From the NCBI GenBank assembly GCA_963695345.1, contig OY968769.1, positions 2,400,001 to 2,464,000 on the forward strand: a stretch of DNA of 64,000 nt. Direction: 5' to 3'. How positions within the stretch are numbered: position 1 is the first letter of the stretch; each line of letters opens with the position of its first letter. This document shows, piece after piece, positions 1 to 9,777 of the stretch. The notes beneath the pieces are model-generated. The model saw only the letters and a list, made by a program, of their open reading frames with translations, ran no database searches and was not told the DNA's origin. This DNA is from an uncultured Methanomassiliicoccales archaeon (GTDB lineage: Archaea; Thermoplasmatota; Thermoplasmata; Methanomassiliicoccales; UBA472). A program made the position numbers and the translations under genes.

Positions 1-2
1 AT

Positions 3-2153
3 TCGGTCCAGGTCAGGAACGAGATCACCGGCAGCATCGCGGATGCAATGCCGGGAACCGGAATGGAGATCAGCCTGGACAAGAAGGAGATGCTCGACAG
101 CGGTCGCAGCGACCTCAGCCAGTTCACTTCGATGTTCTTTGTCCTGGGATCGTTCTCGGTCATCGCCGGCATGCTCCTGATCGTCAACATCTTCACAATG
201 CTGGGCGAGGAACGCAAGAGCGAGATGGGGATGTCCCGCGCCATCGGCATGAAGAGGACCCACCTGAGAAAGCTTTTCGTCTACGAAGGTCTGGTTTACG
301 CTTGCGTGGCAGCCGGGGTGGGGATGATAGTAGGCGTTCTCATGGCAGGCCTCATAATCCTCGGGATCTCCGGCATGCCGATGTTCGGCGACACCAACCT
401 GAGCAATTACTTCACGTTCTCCTTCTTCTCCCTGGCCATCTCATTCGCCGCCGGGTTCATGATCACCATCGTGACCGTCTACTTCGTGACCCGGAGGATA
501 TCGAACCTGAACATCGTCCGGGCCATAAGGAACATACCGGAACCGGCGATCAGGAAGGAAGACAAGAAAGCATTCCGCATGGGGTTGGGCATGCTTGCCG
601 GGGGCCTCATCCTGATGGTCCTGGGCATGCAGACCAAGAGCCTAGCCCCGGCGGCGGGCGGGCTTTCAATCATGGGCATGTCCTTGGGCCTGTTGCTGCG
701 CCGTTTCATCGGGGACCGGCCGGCCTGGGTCATCGCCGGTGCCTCCGTCCTTTTCGTCTGGTTGCCCAAGGGCGATTTCGAGATATTCGATTATCCCTCG
801 GGAATTGAGATGCTGATCGTCTCGGGGTTGTTCATGATCGTGGCGTGCCTGCTGATCGTGATGTTCAACTCCAAGATGTTCGTGTCTTTCTTCACCGCCA
901 TATTCCGCTTCAAGAACGGATACCGGGCGGTCATCAAGACCTCGATATCGTACCCTCTGAAGGCACATTTCAGGACTGGCATCAGCATTTTCATCTTCGC
1001 CATCGTAATATTCACCATCACCGCCCTTTCGATGATGACCGGAATGCTGGGCGTGGGCATAACCAAGATGGTCAATGAGACCTCCGGAGGGTTCGATGTC
1101 ATCGGCTTCAGCGCGTCCCCGGTAACCTACGATCCGTGGGAGCACATAAACAACACCGCCGGTCCATTGGCAAAGGAGAATGTCTCGGTCATGGAGGCGT
1201 TGCCCACCACGAACGTTTTGGTGCAATATCTGAAGGCCTATCCTAACGGGACGGTCGAGGCGAAATCCTTCACCTATACCGTCACCGGAGTGAAGGCCAG
1301 CTTCAATCATCTGGGCAATTATCCGCTGACCGCCTGGAACGCCACCACCTATCCCACCCAGGAGGATGTATGGACGGCGGTCCAGCAGGACAGCTCACTG
1401 GTGATCCTGGACGGTTCCAAATATCCCTCCAGCAGCAATTTCGGGTTCATGGGCGGTGCTCAGAACACGCTCAACCTGGGGCAGCAGTTCGCCATGGTCT
1501 CGGGGGATGGCACGATGAAGAACGTGACCGTGATCGGGTTCATGAAACAGAGCAACCTCAACGGCGTGTTCATGTCCGAGTCGTCATTCAATGAGACGTA
1601 TCATCCCATCGGATACAGCCTGTTCCTGGTGACGTTCGCCTCCGGATTGGATGTGGATCATCAGGCGGCCCTGTTCAAGCAGGAGTTCGTGGCCTTCGGT
1701 GTACAGACCATCGCCATCAAGACCTTGGCAAAGCAGATAACCGGGACCATCGACAGCTTCATGACGCTGTTCCAGGCCTTCCTGAGCATGGGCCTGGTCA
1801 TCGGGGTGTCCGGGCTCGGCATAATCACCATCCGGTCGATCCACGAGAGGAGGCTGGAGATCGGAATGATGCGCGCCATGGGCTATACCCGGCGCATGGT
1901 GGTCATGAACTTCGCCATCGAATCGGCCTTCATTTCAGCCCTGGGGATTGCCATCGGGTCGGCCCTGGGGATCGTGGTGGGATACGACATCTGGAACCTG
2001 TTCCTCAAGGACATGGGGATGGACTTCGTGATCGCCTGGGTGCCGATCGTGGCATTGGGCCTGGCGGCTTTCTTGGCCACCGTCCTTTGCGTCATCCCGG
2101 CGGCACGCGGGGCGTCCAAGGTGGCCCCGGCAGAGGTCCTGCGCTTCGAGTGA
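3..2153 (+). CDS. ABC transporter permease, FtsX/MacB family (5'-partial; frame open from window start)
   Basis: Two FtsX-type motifs (ERKSEMGMSRAIG, ERRLEIGMMRAMG), multiple TM segments, C-terminal PAEVLRFE; no in-frame stop upstream of ATG 48. Confidence 0.9.
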   Translation, partial: SVQVRNEITGSIADAMPGTGMEISLDKKEMLDSGRSDLSQFTSMFFVLGSFSVIAGMLLIVNIFTMLGEERKSEMGMSRAIGMKRTHLRKLFVYEGLVYACVAAGVGMIVGVLMAGLIILGISGMPMFGDTNLSNYFTFSFFSLAISFAAGFMITIVTVYFVTRRISNLNIVRAIRNIPEPAIRKEDKKAFRMGLGMLAGGLILMVLGMQTKSLAPAAGGLSIMGMSLGLLLRRFIGDRPAWVIAGASVLFVWLPKGDFEIFDYPSGIEMLIVSGLFMIVACLLIVMFNSKMFVSFFTAIFRFKNGYRAVIKTSISYPLKAHFRTGISIFIFAIVIFTITALSMMTGMLGVGITKMVNETSGGFDVIGFSASPVTYDPWEHINNTAGPLAKENVSVMEALPTTNVLVQYLKAYPNGTVEAKSFTYTVTGVKASFNHLGNYPLTAWNATTYPTQEDVWTAVQQDSSLVILDGSKYPSSSNFGFMGGAQNTLNLGQQFAMVSGDGTMKNVTVIGFMKQSNLNGVFMSESSFNETYHPIGYSLFLVTFASGLDVDHQAALFKQEFVAFGVQTIAIKTLAKQITGTIDSFMTLFQAFLSMGLVIGVSGLGIITIRSIHERRLEIGMMRAMGYTRRMVVMNFAIESAFISALGIAIGSALGIVVGYDIWNLFLKDMGMDFVIAWVPIVALGLAAFLATVLCVIPAARGASKVAPAEVLRFE

Positions 2154-2441
2154 TAGGCCAGGACGAAACCCCTTAACCATTTTTCAAAATGATCCACAGC
2201 TTAATGCTTAAAAAATGAAAAGATTGATGCCGGCTCCGTACTTTCTTGGGGGAAAGTGTGAAATTGGGGGGAGGAGTCTAATCGACGGAGTCGGCGAGTC
2301 AAGAAATTTCTTGGCTTTGATTGGACTTCCTTACTAGAACATAATAATATTATTCGCCTTATAAACCTGGTCAGACGGCTATCACTTATAGTATTGAACA
2401 TGGTCAATAATAATATCTTTTCCTTCCACAAGTTACTCCGA

Positions 2442-4190
2442 TCACACAAGCTGGCCGCAGCTAGCGCATTCGACCCCTCTGCCGCCTGCCGTGTAGACCT
2501 GTCCCGGTTTCGTACCTTCCCGATACACGGTTATGCCCTTGCAGCGCAGCTCATGCGCCAGAAGGTAGATGGCACGGACATCCTCGACGGTGCTTGATTC
2601 CGGCAGGTTGATCGTCTTCGACACCGCGTTGTCGACATATCTCTGGAAGATGGATTGCATCCTTACCTGCTTCTGAGGTTCGATGTCATGGGCGGTCACA
2701 AAGACATGCCTCAGGTCCTCCGGTACGGAACCGAGCTCCTGGATCGAGAACCGTTTCGACATCTGACGCAGCAGTTCATCGACATCCAGCCCTCTCTGGC
2801 CGACCGAGTCGATGAAGTAATGGTTCATCTCGTGAAGCGTCTCACCGTCGAGTACGTGCTTGTCATAGACCAGGGCGAAGAAAGGCTCGATCCCCGAGGA
2901 GCAGTTCGCTATCATGGATATGGTACCGGTGGGGGCGATGCTCAGGACCGTGGCATTCCGTCGGGGCGAATCGAAGTCGCTGGCCTCGATGTTCGGGAAG
3001 TCCCCGCGTTCCTCCGCTATCATCCGGGTGGTCCTTTCAGCCTGTTCCCGTACGGTCCTGATGATAAGCTCCGCCAGTTCCTCCGAGCTCCCTGAGCCGT
3101 ATCTTATGCCGAGCTTCGCCAGTGCGTCAGCGAACCCCATCACCCCCAGCCCCACCTTTCTGTTCCCCTTTACAACGACGTCGATCTGCTTCAGTGGGTA
3201 CCGGCTCGCGTCGATCACATTGTCCAGGAACCTTATCCCGGCATCCACGGTATCCTTCAGTTTCTCGATATCGAGCTGATATCCCCCCCTTATCCTCACC
3301 AGCATCCTGTCCAGGTTCACCGATCCCAGGTTGCACGCCTCGAAGGGCAGCAGGGGCACCTCGCCGCACGGATTGGTCGCCTCGATCTCCCCCAGCCGCG
3401 GGGTCGGGTTCGCCCGGTTGATCTCGTCCACGAAAATAATTCCCGGATCTCCCGTCATCCAGGCCCGGGAACATATGTCCCCCAGCAGCGATCCGGCATG
3501 GACCTCTCCCATGACCTTGGCGTTCCGGGGATTGATCAGCTCCTGTCGGCGTCCGTCGGAGGCCCGATGCATGAAGTCGTCGGTGACGCCAACCGAGATG
3601 TTGAAATTGGACAGGGTCTTGAGGTCCGCCTTGGCCCTGATGAATTCCTCGATGTCGGGATGATCGACACGAAGCATCCCCATGTTCGCCCCCCGGCGGC
3701 GCCCGCCTTGCTTGACCGCGTCGGTGGCGACGTCGAAGACCTTCATGAAGGATATCGGTCCCGACGCGTTCCCCCCGGTCGAGGCAACGAAATCACCCGC
3801 TGGCCGCAGCCGGGAGAAGGAGAATCCCGTACCTCCTCCGGTCTGGTGGATCACCGCCGCGAATTTCACCGCGTCGAATATGTGCTCGATCGAATCCTCC
3901 ACCGGGATCACGAAGCAGGCCGCCAGTTGCTGCATGGGGGTGCCGGCGTTCATGATCGTGGGGGAGTTGGGGAGGAATTCCAAGGACCGCATGATACGGT
4001 AGAACTCGGCCGCCTCCTTCTCTGCGTCCCTGTCCCGATGGTTATTGTCAACGGAGGCGACATTCCGCGCGATGCGCCGGAACATGTCCTCGGGTGTCTC
4101 AATGACCTCTCCCGCCCTGTTCTTCAGCAGATACCTTTTACGCAGCACGGTCAAAGCGTTCTCGCTGAGCTTGGGGAACTTCTCGGACAT
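2442..4190 (-). CDS. nrdJ: Adenosylcobalamin-dependent (class II) ribonucleotide reductase
   Basis: [56 protein letters not shown]-terminal CASC. Confidence 0.93.
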   Translation of the reverse strand: MSEKFPKLSENALTVLRKRYLLKNRAGEVIETPEDMFRRIARNVASVDNNHRDRDAEKEAAEFYRIMRSLEFLPNSPTIMNAGTPMQQLAACFVIPVEDSIEHIFDAVKFAAVIHQTGGGTGFSFSRLRPAGDFVASTGGNASGPISFMKVFDVATDAVKQGGRRRGANMGMLRVDHPDIEEFIRAKADLKTLSNFNISVGVTDDFMHRASDGRRQELINPRNAKVMGEVHAGSLLGDICSRAWMTGDPGIIFVDEINRANPTPRLGEIEATNPCGEVPLLPFEACNLGSVNLDRMLVRIRGGYQLDIEKLKDTVDAGIRFLDNVIDASRYPLKQIDVVVKGNRKVGLGVMGFADALAKLGIRYGSGSSEELAELIIRTVREQAERTTRMIAEERGDFPNIEASDFDSPRRNATVLSIAPTGTISMIANCSSGIEPFFALVYDKHVLDGETLHEMNHYFIDSVGQRGLDVDELLRQMSKRFSIQELGSVPEDLRHVFVTAHDIEPQKQVRMQSIFQRYVDNAVSKTINLPESSTVEDVRAIYLLAHELRCKGITVYREGTKPGQVYTAGGRGVECASCGQLV

Positions 4191-4300
4191 CAATGTCTCG
4201 GTTGTTGCTCAAAGGGCATAAACCTATGGAACGATGCCCCACTTGAAAACCGGGTAGGGATTAAGTACTCCCCGAGCCCCTCTGGTCTCCGGTGTCTGGT

Positions 4301-4537
4301 ATGCGCTACGGGGCAAGCAGCAAACTCCCGCCTGAGAAAGTGATCGCCAAGGCCAAGGACTACTTTGGCAAGTCAGGGCTAAAGGTGGTCAGCGAGGGCT
4401 CCGGCAATGTCTGCATGGAAGGAGGGGGAGGAAGGGTCACCGTCTCCGCGTGTGGCGAGAACCAAAGCGAGGTCGACATCGAGACCACGGAATGGGACCA
4501 TCAGGTCAAGATGTTCATCCAGATGATCGGGGTCTAA
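4301..4537 (+). CDS. Small hypothetical protein (78 aa)
   Basis: ORF with host-like codon usage, divergent from nrdJ; stop overlaps the stop of the convergent gene. Confidence 0.7.
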   Translation: MRYGASSKLPPEKVIAKAKDYFGKSGLKVVSEGSGNVCMEGGGGRVTVSACGENQSEVDIETTEWDHQVKMFIQMIGV

Positions 4538-5349
4538 ATCCGGAACAACCGCCCTGGCCTGGTCGCCCCGATCTCGGTGACGACCTCGGCGATCAACTCC
4601 AGCGGTGTCGGCTCGAACAGCTGGGTCCGTTCCGATATGCCGCCTTCGTTCCTCTGCTCGATGATCCAATCGGGCTTCAGCTCCGCGGTCACCTTCAGTG
4701 TGCTCGAAGCTACATAGGCGGGAATACCCGCCTGCACCGAAGCCAGGGTGATGGCGTACGTCCCCACCTTGTTTATCAACGCCTGGGGCGTTATGGCGTC
4801 GGCGCCGACGAGACACAGGTCGGCGTTCCTGGCCTCGGCGAAGACCATGGAATCTGTGACCAAAGCGATCTCGATCCCGGCTTTCGTGAGGATTTCCGCG
4901 GTCCTCCTCCCCTCCCCCAACGGGAACGACTCGGCCACAATGACCTTGATGTCCTTCTGCTTGGCTACCGTTTTCAGCACGTTCACGACAGTCCCCGAGT
5001 AGGACAGGGTTAGGACGGTGCCCTCCACCTTTTCCAGAATGTTATCGGCGATCCTGTTCGTCGCCGTCTTCTCATTGCTCATTATCCTCTCTATCGAAGC
5101 CAGCGCCGCCTTGTCCGGTTCTGGACCTTGGGATGCCGCCTCCAGGGACCTGGCGATGTTGCTCAACGGGGCCATCGCTGGCTTGGCCTGCCTCAGTAGT
5201 TTCGAGAAACCGAGCAGCTGTTCACCGCTGGCCTCACTGTTGCTGAGAATATCATGAAGCGCCTTCAGGACATAGATGGCTGTCTCAGATGATCCGGAGA
5301 TCGAATCACCTTTCACCTTTTCAGCGAGCGCTTCAAGTTCTGTCGGCAT
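4534..5349 (-). CDS. eIF2B-alpha/beta/delta-like (IF-2B family) protein
   Basis: SGSSE, AKPAMAPL, TLSYSGTV, AESFPLGEG, VGADAI, NKVGT, FEPTP motifs. Confidence 0.85.
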   Translation of the reverse strand: MPTELEALAEKVKGDSISGSSETAIYVLKALHDILSNSEASGEQLLGFSKLLRQAKPAMAPLSNIARSLEAASQGPEPDKAALASIERIMSNEKTATNRIADNILEKVEGTVLTLSYSGTVVNVLKTVAKQKDIKVIVAESFPLGEGRRTAEILTKAGIEIALVTDSMVFAEARNADLCLVGADAITPQALINKVGTYAITLASVQAGIPAYVASSTLKVTAELKPDWIIEQRNEGGISERTQLFEPTPLELIAEVVTEIGATRPGRLFRI

Positions 5350-5429
5350 GTGCGCACGAATGTGATTCGTAAATATGAATGATGTCGATTCTTTAGAAGA
5401 AAGGAAAACGGAAAGAGAGGGCGATCGCC

Positions 5430-5903
5430 CTAAACCGTCGGATATACGACCTCGTCGGATGCCTTCTCCAGGGCATTGAGGCTTGTCTGATAGTGGTTCT
5501 TGGGGTCAAGGCTGATGATGAAATTGGCTTCACTGGCCTGCATCTCCTTCTGTACTTTCTTGATCACTTCGAGCACAGGCCGCGTCCCGTTCCACATCTC
5601 CAGCACATCGACCCCATTGAGCACGACTATGCCGTCCTGGTTCTGTCTCAAGAAATCCTTGACGTTCTCCTCGAACTTCGCCAGGTTCATCGGGGGAATG
5701 CAGCTATTCTCCGGCCTTGGGGTAAGCCATTTGGTCTGCAGCGGGTCCGAACACAGGCTGAACTGGGTCCCCAATTGGCTTGGCGAATGCTTCGATATGT
5801 ATAAAGCTGCCCGTCCTCGCGCCAGTTCCTTTCTCAGCAGCTGATGCGTTCTCAATGGCACTCTCTCCTCGATCAAATATAACTTTCCTGATGAGATCCT
5901 CAC
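5430..5903 (-). CDS. Stand-alone DUF835-type (inactive RecA/KaiC-like) domain protein
   Basis: YLIEE...LYISK..WLT...IPPMNL...IVVLNGVDVLEMWN...SLDP pattern; clearly similar to the IleRS C-terminal domain in this window. Confidence 0.75.
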   Translation of the reverse strand: MRISSGKLYLIEERVPLRTHQLLRKELARGRAALYISKHSPSQLGTQFSLCSDPLQTKWLTPRPENSCIPPMNLAKFEENVKDFLRQNQDGIVVLNGVDVLEMWNGTRPVLEVIKKVQKEMQASEANFIISLDPKNHYQTSLNALEKASDEVVYPTV

Positions 5904-6184
5904 AAACTCCTCTCCTTCACGCTGCTATAGCTTACGTTAGTGTCTTGATACTAGTTGCCCGAGTTCTTATCGGAAAATCCGTAATATTCCGTAAAGATAA
6001 CGAAAAAATTATGGTTTGCGGCGGAATAAAGGCCAATAGTATTGAAAACATGTCGGAATCTTAAAATGAAGGAACCAGTGCCAGGTATGAAAGGTCAATC
6101 CCTTTCGGGCCGGGTTTGCCGGAAGGGTCTTGTCCGCTGATTCCGCGATTGCGGCGATATTTCGTTATTTATGAGAAATCGTTG

Positions 6185-6485
6185 TGCCAGGTGAGGGTAG
6201 TAGTCCCCTTTCTGTTTCAGGCAGCATTCAACTTAGCGCCCTACCTGCCAGTCCTGAGCTGTCATTCCGGCTGTTTGGGCTTGCTCCTGTGAGGTGTCGC
6301 CGTTTCACCAAATCCCCGGGAACGTCACCGTCTAGCGGATCATTCTATTGATCGGGGCTGTGTCGTTTCTGCGCCCTTGCCCGGGCTCTCGCCCGACCGC
6401 TTGTGCAGTCCACATTTCTCATGGAGTGGGGAACTTCCTCAGCTGGACCGAAGTCCTACCGTCAGCCGCCCTCCCTCTCCTGGCA
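6185..6485 (-). ncRNA. rnpB: Archaeal RNase P RNA
   Basis: Minus strand contains GAGGAAGUUCCCCAC (CR-I), GCAGAAAC, GGUGAAACGGC, GGAGCAAG and AAACAGAAAGGGGACUAC (CR-V); terminal P1 formed by UGCCAGG...CCUGGCA. Confidence 0.96.
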
Positions 6486-7182
6486 ATCGTTCTGAAGTAA
6501 AGCGAGTATTAATAATTCACCTTCATGGCCGCTGTGGCCAACTATCGTCAGCAGGAGGCAGCACTTGTTCCCTATCCGCTTCAAGGGTGGAAGAAACGTT
6601 CGTATGATCATGTGAAATGAACAATCATTCGTCGCAAAAACGAAGCATGAGAACGGACCGATGTATCGTAACATTTCCTTTTTCTTGGAATCTGACAACA
6701 AGATAACGAATGACAATAGCCAGTTAACCTAGCTCTTAATATCAATAGTGATAACAGCCTGCCGAGGTTTATAAGGAGAAAAGGTGGATTGGCATTTGGG
6801 AAGTCCAATCAAAAAGGTAAGACAAACCTTAACCGACTTCGTAGATTGCGATTCTCCTCCTCCTCCAATTTGTAGTCAAAGGAACGAAGTCGGTACTTTT
6901 TTCCCGGTCTTGGCAGGCTTGCAAGTCCCTCAAGGCAAATGGATCCGGCCTTCGCATTCAATAGCTACATCAAAGCGAACAAAGCCGCTGCTTCCAGGCA
7001 TCTACGGCTCCAGGAATTTAGTGATGTTTTCCAGCTTTGGGCCCATTTCGCGGGCTCTTTCTAATTATTCAACCAACATAAGGTTCTGGCACGATTCTCT
7101 CGCCTCGTTCGGGCGGAATTTCGAGTTTTTCTCCATCATGGGACTCCATTTCTTTATCAAGCCATTGTTGTGTCCAATAATT

Positions 7183-7347
7183 ATGAGCAATGATGAAGTG
7201 AAAGGAAAGGGAAAACAAATCGAAGGTAAGGTCCGAGAAGAAGTTGGAAAATTAACGGGCAATAAGACAGAACAGGTCAAAGGCAAGATACAACAGGTGG
7301 AAGGGAAGGTTCAAGAGGAAATCGGGAAGGCGAAGAGAAAGTTATAG
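7183..7347 (+). CDS. CsbD family general stress protein (54 aa)
   Basis: MSNDEVKGKGKQIEGKVREEVGKLTGNKTEQVKGKIQQVEGKVQEEIGKAK is a typical CsbD pattern; true start is ATG 7183, not 6784. Confidence 0.9.
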   Translation: MSNDEVKGKGKQIEGKVREEVGKLTGNKTEQVKGKIQQVEGKVQEEIGKAKRKL

Positions 7348-7483
7348 AATCGTCTCCACATGGATTGGTTGGTAATAGCAAAGATAGCAGGGGTGTTGGG
7401 GCTCTTTGCGTTGTGATCACGTTCCACACCCCTATGGCCAACTCAATGGATATCTCGTTGGTCGTTTACTAACATCATTACCG

Positions 7484-7633
7484 CTAGAAGATGAATGCCA
7501 GGACCGCTATGATGATGAAGATGATAATTAACCATTTCGCAGCGGACAATGAGAATCCTGCTACATTACGAGCTCCCAAAATGGCGGCTACGACTGCCAG
7601 TATGATGAACAGAACAGCTAATTCCAATATCAT
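7484..7633 (-). CDS. DUF1328/UPF0391 small membrane protein (49 aa; not in ORF track)
   Basis: Hand translation [49 protein letters not shown]; GGGG RBS-like run upstream. Confidence 0.85.
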   Translation of the reverse strand: MILELAVLFIILAVVAAILGARNVAGFSLSAAKWLIIIFIIIAVLAFIF

Positions 7634-7814
7634 TTTTCTTTATCCCCTAATATTTTCCAGTCAATAGTTGGGGTGAGCTTTACTTAATTTCGACCTAATA
7701 ATTAAGCGGGAAAATGCGATGTAAATAAGAAATGAGCGTAATAATTCAATTTTCAGCGATATTTCAACGCCGGCCACATTCATTGATGGAAACGGATGTC
7801 GAGGGGTCTGAACA

Positions 7815-8042
7815 TCATTTACTTTTTTGAATTTTCTTAATGTCCTTCTCGGTGGCTTTCCCTTTAATTTTGGGGTTATCCGAGATATCCTTGATTTCAC
7901 TCTTTTCTCCCTTCTGAATATCCTCAATCTCTTTTTCGATGATCCTCTTCTTCACTGTAGCATCCTCCTCATCATTCCACTTTCCCTTACGAATATCCTC
8001 GATTTGTTTCTCCTTGAGTTTTCTCTTATCTTCTTCCTTCAT
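7815..8042 (-). CDS. Small highly charged (K/E/D-rich) hypothetical protein
   Basis: 75 aa with repeated xIEDIxKG-like units; AAGGTGA RBS just upstream of the ATG. Confidence 0.6.
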   Translation of the reverse strand: MKEEDKRKLKEKQIEDIRKGKWNDEEDATVKKRIIEKEIEDIQKGEKSEIKDISDNPKIKGKATEKDIKKIQKSK

Positions 8043-8442
8043 CCTGTTCACCTTATTGAAAAGAGGCAACACTCCAATGCGTCAATTCCAGATATTAGTC
8101 GGAATTATTTCCTATTTAAGAATAATCAGTCCTAAACTACCACTTCTGAGCAAAAGTTCGTTGATGGAGCGCGTCATTTCCAGAGACATTGGCAAACGGC
8201 GAACGGATATCCCTATAACCATCTGATGATGGATAGATTCGGCTTTCACCCACAGAAGTCACCATGGTGGAATGTTAGAGTTCATTGACAGTTGACATCA
8301 AACGGATATAGGATTGAACCGGGAATATATCCTTACCCAGAAGCTGATGTCATAAGGTAAACTCAAAGAATGTTCAGCAGTCATGGTTCTTTTTTCCTTC
8401 CCACTTTCATTTATATAATCAACCATTTCCATCCGACTGTGC

Positions 8443-8847
8443 ATGGTAGAGCTAACGATGGAGATGATGGAGATCGTCAAAGCGACGAGGATTTTCCCTT
8501 TGGCGACCGCATCAAAGGATTGCGATCCAAACGTGGTTCCAGTAGGTTCGGTCTTCCTGATAGACCCAGAAACGATCTGGATTGGCAATCAGTTTATGAA
8601 ACAGACACTTGAGAACCTCCAGGAAAACCCAAAGGCATGTCTGTATGCGTGGGGCCCTGAGACGAAAGGCTGCCTGAAGATTAAGGGCACGGTGGTCGTG
8701 CACACAAGCGGTCCAGACTACGATAAGATGAAAGATATGGTCAGGGCAAGGAGGGCGGACCTTGTATGCAAGGCATTGCTAGAGTTCAAGGTTACCGAGG
8801 TCTACAACTGCAAGAGCGGGCCAGGAGCCGGAAGCAAATTGTTGTAG
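8443..8847 (+). CDS. Pyridoxamine 5'-phosphate oxidase-like FMN-binding protein
   Basis: LATASKDCDPNVVP, QTLENLQENPK, LKIKG, YNCKSGPGAG; TATA (TTTATATA) about 30 nt upstream. Confidence 0.9.
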   Translation: MVELTMEMMEIVKATRIFPLATASKDCDPNVVPVGSVFLIDPETIWIGNQFMKQTLENLQENPKACLYAWGPETKGCLKIKGTVVVHTSGPDYDKMKDMVRARRADLVCKALLEFKVTEVYNCKSGPGAGSKLL

Positions 8848-9097
8848 GGTTCTCTATTCGATATTATTCGCTGAGTTTGTTCAGAATCGGCTTCGAGGCA
8901 ATCTTCTTGAAATCTTCTACAGTCTGTTCTGTCTTCCCCTCGTCGATCGGCATCTTGTTGATCCAATGAGCCAAATTCCTTGATTGATCCATATTTATCG
9001 GCTGATGATTGGTCAACGACCAGACGATGAACTCCACCAGCGTGACCCACTTCCTTGGGCAAACATTAATAACCGAAGCCAACATTCGGCAGTTTAA

Positions 9098-9181
9098 GCG
9101 GGGATAGCCAAGCATGGCCAACGGCGCTAGATCGAGGGTCTAGTCCCTAGCGGTCCAAGGGTTCAAATCCCTTTCCCCGCA
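9098..9181 (+). tRNA. tRNA-Leu(GAG)
   Basis: Acceptor GCGGGGA/TCCCCGC+A, D-arm with TGGCCAAC, anticodon stem CTAGA/TCTAG around loop TCGAGGG, variable arm, T-loop GTTCAAATC. Confidence 0.95.
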
Positions 9182-9271
9182 CTCTAATTCTTAATTCATC
9201 CATATGTGATTTCACCTCAAATCAACAAGACCAAACAGATTTTAAATTCGGGTAGTTAAAATTGACATTTC

Positions 9272-9661
9272 ATGCGGATCGAATTGACCAGTGTGTTCGT
9301 TAATGATCAAGGGAAAGCACTGAAGTTCTATACCGAGATTCTGGGCTTCGTCAAGAAATCTGACATCAAGGCCGGAGAATACAGATGGCTGACGGTGGTT
9401 TCTCCGGAGAAACCGGATGGTTCCCAGTTACTTCTTGAACCAAACGAGAATCCCGCCGCAAAGACATATCAGGAGGCTATCTTCAGCCAAGGTCTCAGTG
9501 CAGCCATGTTCTTTGTAGACGACATTAGAAGGGAATACGATAGGTTGAAGAAACTCGGAGTCAGGTTCAGCTTGGAGCCGACAAATGTTACTGGCTCAAC
9601 GATCGCTGTGCTTGATGACACCTGCGGCAACCTTTTACAGATAACACAATTGCATTATTAG
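9272..9661 (+). CDS. VOC/glyoxalase family protein
   Basis: SVFVNDQGKALKFYTEILGF...WLTVVSP...DDTCGNLLQI. Confidence 0.92.
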   Translation: MRIELTSVFVNDQGKALKFYTEILGFVKKSDIKAGEYRWLTVVSPEKPDGSQLLLEPNENPAAKTYQEAIFSQGLSAAMFFVDDIRREYDRLKKLGVRFSLEPTNVTGSTIAVLDDTCGNLLQITQLHY

Positions 9662-9777
9662 TTCGGCCGGTATGGCACTATGAACGCTGGCTTAATCGAT
9701 ATTATCCGAGGCGCATTATTTGATGTTTTGACATTGAGCTCATGCGGCTGCCAATTGTACGGCATCCAATCATCGCT

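Noticed and set aside
6784-7182. N-terminal extension of CsbD (187-aa ORF)
   Set aside because: No protein-like features; CsbD homology and a nearby TATA-like box support ATG 7183
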